A DNA stretch of 64,000 bases, from contig CAYHAE010000001.1 in NCBI GenBank assembly GCA_964354545.1, positions 65,190 through 129,189 on the forward strand, given 5' to 3'. Positions 56,286 through 64,000 of this stretch are shown piece after piece. This DNA is from an uncultured Planctomycetia bacterium. Its GTDB lineage: Bacteria; Omnitrophota; Gorgyraeia; 2-01-FULL-45-10; JAHFGN01. Each line of letters opens with the position of its first letter. Position 1 is the stretch's first letter. The notes beneath the pieces were generated by a model. The model was not told the DNA's origin and ran no database searches. It worked only from the letters and a program-made list of their open reading frames with translations. The position numbers were made by a program, and so were the translations under genes.

Positions 56286-56345
56286 CCGTCATTGCGACCC
56301 CGCACCGTATGGTGCGGGGGAAGCAATCTCTGCGACGGGATTGTG
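56286..56345. repeat. palindromic intergenic element, copy C
   Basis: CGTCATTGCGA-CCCCGCACCGTATGGTGCGGGGG-AAGCAATCTCTGCGACGGGATTG. Confidence 0.5.
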
Positions 56346-56514
56346 AACTAGATCTCGAAGCGCATTGCGGCACGATATATCCTATGCCCGCATCCCCATA
56401 CCTCACCTCGGGTATCTGTGATCAAGCTGTGAATGTTCCGATGTGCGCGGGATCTGCGATAATCCGCGTATTATCTCACCACCTTCTCCTGTGCTCACCC
56501 GCGAAATATTTTTC

Positions 56515-56541
56515 TTGACAAAAAGTGCGAATGCGTATAAT
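56515..56541 (+). promoter_or_regulatory. sigma70-like promoter (TTGACA ... TATAAT) of groES-groEL
   Basis: Hexamers read directly, with a 15 nt spacer. Confidence 0.5.
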
Positions 56542-56551
56542 ATCATTATCC

Positions 56552-56577
56552 TGGCACTCACAGGAGAGGAGTGCTAA
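56552..56577 (+). promoter_or_regulatory. CIRCE operator (HrcA binding site)
   Basis: TGGCACTC-N9-GAGTGCTAA matches TTAGCACTC-N9-GAGTGCTAA. It sits between the promoter and groES. Confidence 0.8.
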
Positions 56578-56628
56578 TTTGAAGGTTCGATCACATACCG
56601 AAAAAATGAGAAAGGGGGTAAGGAAAGC

Positions 56629-56916
56629 ATGAAAATTCATCCGCTGGCAGACAGGATCATGGTAAAGGTTCTCGAGGCCAAAGAGGTGACGAAGGGAGGG
56701 ATAGTCCTTCCGGATACGGCGAAGGAGAAGCCGCAAGAGGCCGAAGTAGTAAGCGTGGGAAAAGGAAAGGTTTCTGACGAAGGCAAGGTGATAGCGCCTG
56801 AGGTGAAGGCAGGCGACAAGGTCCTGTTCGGGAAGTATACAGGCACCGAGGTTAACGTCGACGGCAACGAATACCTCATCCTGAGGGAAGAGGATATTCT
56901 CGCGATAGTGAAATAA
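56629..56916 (+). CDS. groES: co-chaperonin GroES
   Basis: 95 aa. [29 protein letters not shown]. Confidence 0.95.
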   Translation: MKIHPLADRIMVKVLEAKEVTKGGIVLPDTAKEKPQEAEVVSVGKGKVSDEGKVIAPEVKAGDKVLFGKYTGTEVNVDGNEYLILREEDILAIVK

Positions 56917-56948
56917 CGGAGTGAATGAACAGCGAAAAAGGAGGATGA

Positions 56949-58589
<1,641 letters not shown>

Positions 58590-58751
58590 TCAATTCGCCT
58601 CAGCCTTACGCGAGGCGAATTGATACTCCGAACTCTGCGAGCTCGGATTTCGAAGAAATCCGAGCCGCGCTTAGAGTTCGGAGCTAGAAGAAATCCGAGC
58701 CTCATGCGGTGAACGAATGGGGCGAGGGATCAGACGTGCAGTCAAAACAAG

Positions 58752-58792
58752 AAGGGGCGATCAACGATCGCCCCTTCTTTTCTATCTTCTCC
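58752..58792. terminator. bidirectional terminator between groEL and leuS
   Basis: GAAGGGGCGATC-aac-GATCGCCCCTTC flanked by T/A runs. Confidence 0.55.
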
Positions 58793-58802
58793 AGCGCCGC
58801 CC

Positions 58803-61274
58803 TCAATCCGCTGCGAGCGCGACTATCTTCTCCTTTACGTAGAGTTTCTTCCTGATCGTCTTTCCTTCGACGTGCCTCTTGACGCCATCCAATTCAAGGG
58901 CCTTCGCGAATATCTCTTCTTCCGGCGCGTCTCGCTCGATCGTGAGGGTCCCCCTGAGCTTGCCGTTGACCTGGACGGGAATCTCCATCGTATCGGTGCG
59001 TATGAGGCCCTTATCGCAGGCCGGCCACTTTGCCTCGAAGACGCTCCGGGTATGGCCTGTGGCCTGCCAGAGCTCTTCTGCGATGTGGGGAGCGAACGGA
59101 GCGAGGAGCGTGATGAAACTCTCAACCGTACCCTTCGACACATCCTTACGTTCCCTCTCAGGGCCCGTCACCGCGTTCAAGAATTCCATGAACGCGCTCA
59201 CCGCGGTATTGAATTTGAAACCCTCAAGGCGGTCTGTCACCTTGTAGATGAGGAGGTTGATCTCTCGGGCGACCTCCGCGTTGTCCCGGTCCGGAACGTC
59301 TTTCGCCTCGCGCGTCCCGAGCACCCAGTCCCATGCCCTCCTCAGGAATTTAAAGACCCCTTCGATGCCGCGGTCGCTCCACTCCGAATCTACCTCCGGA
59401 GGGCCCACGAAGAGCTCATACATCCTCACGGTGTCAGAGCCGTAGGCGGCCACGAGATCGTCGGGATTGACGACATTGCCTTTCGATTTGGACATCTTCT
59501 CGAGCTTTCCCGTCTTTGTACTCTCTTTTAGGATCATGCCCTGGTTGAAGAGCCGCGCGAACGGCTCGTCGAACGAGAGGTACCCGAGGTCGTAGAGGAC
59601 CTTCGTGAAGAACCGCGCATAGAGGAGGTGCAGTATCGCGTGTTCGACCCCTCCGACGTAACAGTCGACCGGGAGCCAGCGGTTTACGGTATTTTTATCG
59701 AACGCAGCGGTCTCGAGTGCCGCGTTCGGGTATCTCAGGAAGTACCACGATGAGCCCGCCCACTGAGGCATCGTATCGGTCTCGCGCGTCGCAGGTCCTC
59801 CGCATTTCGGGCACGTCGTACGGTAAAATCCCTCTATCGTCGCAAGGGGTGACTTCCCGGTCCCGCTCGGCTGGTAGCGTTCGACATCGGGGAGGAGGAG
59901 GGGCAGGTCCTTCTCGCTGAGCGGGACTTCGCGGCACTTGTCGCAATAGACGATGGGTATCGGCTCTCCCCAATACCGCTGTCTCGAGAATATCCAATCC
60001 CGCAGTTTGTATTTCACCGCGTACCGCGCTTTGTGCTCCAGCTTAAGCCAGGCGACGATCTCCATTTTCGCAAGCTCGGAGTCCATCCCGTTGAACCGGC
60101 CTGAGTCTACCATCTTGCCGGGTTCGACGTATGCCCGGAGGAGCTTGCCCGAAGGGTCTTTTGAGGTCGTTTCGCCGCGGATCACCTCACGTATGGGGAG
60201 GTTGAACTTCTTCGCAAATTCGAAATCCCTCTCGTCGTGAGCGGGCACGCACATGATCGCCCCCGTTCCGTAATGGACGAGCACGTAATCGGCGACCCAG
60301 ACGGGTATCCTCTCCGAATCGACCGGATTTATCGCGTACGCACCGGTGAAGACGCCTGTCTTCTCCCTCGTGGCGGACGTCCTCTCTATCTCCGTTTCCC
60401 TGCGTGAGCGTTCGATGTATCGGGTGACCTCCTGCGCCTTTTCGGGTCTCGTGACCTTTTCCACGAGTTCATGTTCGGGCGCGAGCACCACGTAGGTCGC
60501 GCCGAAGAGGGTGTCCGGCCGGGTCGTGTAGATGGACAGGTCGTGCCGCGCGCCGTCCCGGCCCTCCACTGCGAAGAGCACCTCGGCGCCCTCGCTCCTG
60601 CCTATCCAGTTCGCCTGCATGGTCTTGACCTTTGCGGGCCACTCGAGCCTGTCGAGGTCATTGAGCAGCCTGTCGGCATACGCGGTGATCTTGAGCATCC
60701 ACTGCATCATGTCCTTTTTTGTCACCTCGGATTCGCACCTTTCGCACCTGCCTCCCGCGACCTCCTCGTTGGCAAGCCCCGTCTTGCAGTTGGGGCACCA
60801 GTTGATCGGCACCGTCTTCCGATAGGCGAGGCCCTTCTTGTACATCTGGAGGAATATCCACTGCGTCCACCGGTAATAGCCGGGGGAGCTCGTGTTGATC
60901 TCCCTATCCCAGTCGTACATCGATCCTATTTCGTAGAGCTGCCTCTTCATGTTCGCGATATTCTGCGAGGTATTCATGCGCGGGTGGATGCCCTTTTTGA
61001 TGGCGTCGTTCTCGGCAGGGAGGCCGAACGAATCCCACCCCATGGGATGGAGGACTTCATGCCCTCCGATCTTCTTATACCTGGCCCACACGTCCGAGAT
61101 CACGTACCCGCGCCAATGGCCGACGTGGAGACCCGATCCGGAAGGATAGGGGAACATATCGAGGCAATAGTATTTCTGCTTAGGGGAGCGAATGTCGGTC
61201 TTATGGGAACCGGCCTTCTCCCAGGCCCCGCGCCACTTCTTCTCTATCTCCTGCGGATTGTATCTCTGCTTCAT
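58803..61274 (-). CDS. leuS: leucyl-tRNA synthetase
   Basis: HVGH motif (GSGLHVGHWRGY), KMSKS motif and CP1 editing domain. Start chosen at MKQRYNPQEIEKKW. Confidence 0.9.
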   Translation of the reverse strand: MKQRYNPQEIEKKWRGAWEKAGSHKTDIRSPKQKYYCLDMFPYPSGSGLHVGHWRGYVISDVWARYKKIGGHEVLHPMGWDSFGLPAENDAIKKGIHPRMNTSQNIANMKRQLYEIGSMYDWDREINTSSPGYYRWTQWIFLQMYKKGLAYRKTVPINWCPNCKTGLANEEVAGGRCERCESEVTKKDMMQWMLKITAYADRLLNDLDRLEWPAKVKTMQANWIGRSEGAEVLFAVEGRDGARHDLSIYTTRPDTLFGATYVVLAPEHELVEKVTRPEKAQEVTRYIERSRRETEIERTSATREKTGVFTGAYAINPVDSERIPVWVADYVLVHYGTGAIMCVPAHDERDFEFAKKFNLPIREVIRGETTSKDPSGKLLRAYVEPGKMVDSGRFNGMDSELAKMEIVAWLKLEHKARYAVKYKLRDWIFSRQRYWGEPIPIVYCDKCREVPLSEKDLPLLLPDVERYQPSGTGKSPLATIEGFYRTTCPKCGGPATRETDTMPQWAGSSWYFLRYPNAALETAAFDKNTVNRWLPVDCYVGGVEHAILHLLYARFFTKVLYDLGYLSFDEPFARLFNQGMILKESTKTGKLEKMSKSKGNVVNPDDLVAAYGSDTVRMYELFVGPPEVDSEWSDRGIEGVFKFLRRAWDWVLGTREAKDVPDRDNAEVAREINLLIYKVTDRLEGFKFNTAVSAFMEFLNAVTGPERERKDVSKGTVESFITLLAPFAPHIAEELWQATGHTRSVFEAKWPACDKGLIRTDTMEIPVQVNGKLRGTLTIERDAPEEEIFAKALELDGVKRHVEGKTIRKKLYVKEKIVALAAD

Positions 61275-61467
61275 CGTTGGTGTCCTTATGATGATAAGTA
61301 GCAAAATAGTATCATATTTCATCTAAAAAATCAAGATGTATGGTATACGAGCGTTAACGTCTACATTCACATGGGGGCATGGTAATCCCGCGCGCATGGC
61401 GCACGCGGTAATATCTATTGACAAAGGCATTGCCTTTAAGTAAGATAATTCAAAACGGAGGCATAGC

Positions 61468-62631
61468 ATGGCGCAATTTTACATTGGTGTCGATAAGATG
61501 GCGAGGCGGTGTTACGGTTTCGATGAGATCGCGCTCGTGCCGGGGAAAGTCACTATCAATCCTAATGAGGTAGACACTTCGTGGGAGATAAACGGGAAGC
61601 GTTATAAGGTCCCCATAATGGCGGCGGCGATGGACGGTGTCGTCGATGTGAAGTTCGCCATCGCGATGGGGAAGTTGGGAGGCGTTGCGGTATTGAACCT
61701 CGAGGGCGTGCAGACCCGGTACGAAGAGCCCGGCGAGGTCCTCGATAAGATCGCCCATGCGAGCCAGGAGGAGGCAACGAGGCTCGTCCAGGACATCTAC
61801 GTCGAACCGATCAAGGAAAAACTCGTTGCGAAGAGGGTAAAAGAGATCAAAGACGGCGGAGTGCCTGCGGCGGTGAGCGCGATCCCGCAGAGGGCAGAGA
61901 AGTTCGGCGCGATCGCCCAGGAAGCCGGCGCGGACATCTTCGTCGTACAATCGACCGTCACCACTGTGAAACACATCGCTAAAGAATATAAGGCGTTGGA
62001 CTTCTATAAGTTCACGCGGAAGATGAAGATCCCGGTGGTGATAGGGAACTGTGTGACGTATGAGGTTGCCCTGGAACTTATGGATGCGGGGCCGAGCGCC
62101 ATTCTGGTCGGCATAGGCCCGGGCGCTGCGTGCACGACAAGGGGCGTCCTTGGTATAGGCGTGCCCCAGGTCACCGCGACGATTGACTGCGCGGCTGCGC
62201 GAGACACCTATTTCAAAAAGAACAGGAAGTATGTCCCGATCATCACGGACGGCGGCATGTCGACCGGAGGCGATATATGCAAGGCCTTCGCGTGCGGGGC
62301 CGATGCGGTGATGGTCGGCTCGGCCTTTGCCCGCGCGAAAGAGGCGCCGGGCAGGGGCTACCACTGGGGCATGGCAACGCCGCACTCGAACCTGCCGCGC
62401 GGGACGAGGATCAAGGTCGGCACGACGGGAACGCTCGAGGAGATACTCTACGGTCCGGCCACATTAGACGACGGCTCTCAGAACCTCATGGGCGCGCTCA
62501 TGACCTCGATGGGCAATGTGGGCGCAAAGAACCTCAAGGAGATGCACAAGGTCGAGATCATCATCGCCCCCTCGATCCAGACCGAGGGAAAGGTCTTCCA
62601 GGTCGCCCAGCGGGTAGGAATGGGGAAGTGA
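61468..62631 (+). CDS. IMP dehydrogenase/GMP reductase-family protein lacking CBS pair (GuaB3-like)
   Basis: TIM-barrel IMPDH motifs (GIGPGAACTTR, catalytic-loop Cys). About 390 aa with no CBS insertion. Confidence 0.65.
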   Translation: MAQFYIGVDKMARRCYGFDEIALVPGKVTINPNEVDTSWEINGKRYKVPIMAAAMDGVVDVKFAIAMGKLGGVAVLNLEGVQTRYEEPGEVLDKIAHASQEEATRLVQDIYVEPIKEKLVAKRVKEIKDGGVPAAVSAIPQRAEKFGAIAQEAGADIFVVQSTVTTVKHIAKEYKALDFYKFTRKMKIPVVIGNCVTYEVALELMDAGPSAILVGIGPGAACTTRGVLGIGVPQVTATIDCAAARDTYFKKNRKYVPIITDGGMSTGGDICKAFACGADAVMVGSAFARAKEAPGRGYHWGMATPHSNLPRGTRIKVGTTGTLEEILYGPATLDDGSQNLMGALMTSMGNVGAKNLKEMHKVEIIIAPSIQTEGKVFQVAQRVGMGK

Positions 62632-62645
62632 AATAAGCGTAAAGT

Positions 62646-62664
62646 GTTCCGCCTTCGGCGGAAC
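62646..62664 (+). terminator. short hairpin terminator
   Basis: GTTCCGCC-ttcg-GCGGAAC. Confidence 0.35.
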
Positions 62665-62693
62665 GCCTTACGTTACTATAGCTGCCACACTCA

Positions 62694-64000
62694 ATGACTC
62701 ACTCCGATTTCGTCCACTTGCACGTCCACACCCAGTACAGCCTCCTCGACGGCGCATGTCTCCTGGAGAAACTCGTTGAAAAGGCGAAGGAACTCAAGAT
62801 GCCTGCGTGTGCCATCACGGACCACGGCAACATGTACGGCGCCATTGAATTCTACGATCTCGCCTTAAAGCACGGCATCAAGCCCATCATCGGGTGCGAG
62901 ATCTACGTCGCCCCCGGAAGCAGATTCGAAAAATCATCCCACGGAATTCAGGAGGCGTCATTCCATCTTATCCTTCTCGCGAAGGACGAGGTGGGTTATG
63001 GGAACCTCATGAAGCTCGTGACGATCGGCTTCCTCGAAGGGTTTTACTACCGGCCGCGGGTTGACAAGGAAGTGCTCGCCAAGCACAACGACGGGCTCAT
63101 CGCGCTCTCCAGCTGCCTCCAGGGCGAGATCCCGCACTACATAAAGACGAACCAGATGGAGCAGGCGCGGAGGGTCGCCGACGAATACAGGCACATATTC
63201 GGCAGGGACAATTTTTTCCTGGAGATCCAGGACAACCTTATCGAAGAACAGGACAAGGTCAATACCGAGCTCATCAAGTTGTCGGGCGACCTCGGCATAG
63301 AGCTCGTGGCGACGAACGACGTCCACTACCTCCTCAAGGAGCATGCGCGGGCCCACGAGGCGCTCCTCTGCATCCAGACCCAGACCACGTTGGACGATCC
63401 CAACAGGATGAAGTTCCCGACGGATGAGTTCTATTTTAAGTCGAAGGCGGAGATGGTGAGGACGTTCGGCACGACGGCTCCGAAGGCCCTCTCGAACACC
63501 CTCGCGATCGCCGAGAGATGCAATCTTGAGCTGGACTTTACCGCGCATCACCTCCCGGACTACCGGGCCCCCGACGGCAAGACACAGGAGGCCTTTTTGA
63601 GAGAGCTCGCCAACACGGGGATACGGCAACGTTACCCCAACCTCGATAAGACCATTTCGGACAGGCTCGAGCATGAATTGAAGACGATAGAGTCGAGCGG
63701 CTATACGAGCTACTTCCTGATCGCGTGGGACTTCGTGCGTTACGCGAAAGAGAAGGGTATCCCCGTGGGGCCAGGGAGGGGGAGCGCTGCGGGGAGCGTC
63801 GTGAGCTATTCCCTCGGCATCACCGATATAGACCCGATGAAGTACGACCTCCTCTTCGAGAGGTTCCTCAACCCCGAGAGGGTCTCTCTGCCGGACATCG
63901 ACATCGACTTCTGCTTCGAGCGGAGGGGGGAGGTCATCGACTACGTCGTCAATAAGTATTCGAAGGAGAACGTCGCCCAGATCATCACGTTCGGCACGAT
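62694..64000 (+). CDS. dnaE: DNA polymerase III alpha subunit, N-terminal PHP domain (3' end outside the window)
   Basis: [49 protein letters not shown]. The ORF runs off the window. Confidence 0.85.
   Translation, partial: MTHSDFVHLHVHTQYSLLDGACLLEKLVEKAKELKMPACAITDHGNMYGAIEFYDLALKHGIKPIIGCEIYVAPGSRFEKSSHGIQEASFHLILLAKDEVGYGNLMKLVTIGFLEGFYYRPRVDKEVLAKHNDGLIALSSCLQGEIPHYIKTNQMEQARRVADEYRHIFGRDNFFLEIQDNLIEEQDKVNTELIKLSGDLGIELVATNDVHYLLKEHARAHEALLCIQTQTTLDDPNRMKFPTDEFYFKSKAEMVRTFGTTAPKALSNTLAIAERCNLELDFTAHHLPDYRAPDGKTQEAFLRELANTGIRQRYPNLDKTISDRLEHELKTIESSGYTSYFLIAWDFVRYAKEKGIPVGPGRGSAAGSVVSYSLGITDIDPMKYDLLFERFLNPERVSLPDIDIDFCFERRGEVIDYVVNKYSKENVAQIITFGT

Noticed and set aside
54101-56326. 741-aa ORF on the minus strand
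   Set aside because: It is entirely antisense to the TonB-dependent receptor gene. That gene has clear plug/barrel motifs and riboswitch control. The antisense ORF is a GC-rich frame artefact.
62958-63674. 238-aa ORF on the minus strand
   Set aside because: It is antisense to the unmistakable dnaE PHP domain.

Overview
This 64 kb window comes from a bacterium with a mosaic base composition. GC-rich blocks carry housekeeping and signalling genes, and AT-rich blocks carry accessory genes. Contents in order:

- 1-2 kb: a truncated HAMP-domain gene, then a small cassette with a nucleotidyltransferase-fold gene bracketed by two near-identical copies of an excisionase-type HTH gene.
- 2-9.2 kb: a fatty-acid/polyketide-like cluster. 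It has a KS-like protein that keeps the active-site Cys but has lost both catalytic His, FabG, ACP, a canonical C-H-H KAS, a nitroreductase, a CrtI-like FAD oxidoreductase, and a LuxD-like acyltransferase fused to a SAM methyltransferase.
- 9.2-13.8 kb: a signalling block with the first of three paralogous 7TM-GAF histidine kinases, two CheY-like receivers and an HD-GYP phosphodiesterase. Palindromic operator-like sites lie in its intergenic regions.
- 13.9-16.5 kb: an AT-rich islet with a TcmP partner gene, a Gp37/Gp68 three-Cys-motif gene and a SLOG/TIR-like gene.
- 16.8-21.2 kb: the second and third paralogous kinases. Their catalytic halves are almost identical at the DNA level.
- 21.3-22.7 kb: an AbiEi/AbiEii abortive-infection pair.
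- 24.7-33.1 kb: a giant 2797-aa secreted YD-repeat protein with a structured 5' leader and a compositionally foreign C-terminal region.
- 33.1-38.8 kb: an AT-rich array of small cassettes. Each is followed by the same roughly 90-nt GC-rich palindromic element.
- 38.8-64 kb: GC-rich genes. These include a DUF4139-like protein, a HAD hydrolase, an alpha/beta hydrolase, an SGNH hydrolase, a SYLF protein, a BNR-repeat protein, a TPR membrane protein, PilZ, a GH5 glycosidase, a cobalamin riboswitch controlling a TonB-dependent receptor, CIRCE-controlled groES-groEL, leuS, an IMPDH-family gene and the start of dnaE.

No tRNA, rRNA or CRISPR arrays were seen. The best candidates for an undescribed system are the TcmP/Gp37-Gp68/SLOG islet, the KS-ACP-LuxD/MT cluster, and the giant YD-repeat gene with its repeat-punctuated cassette array.
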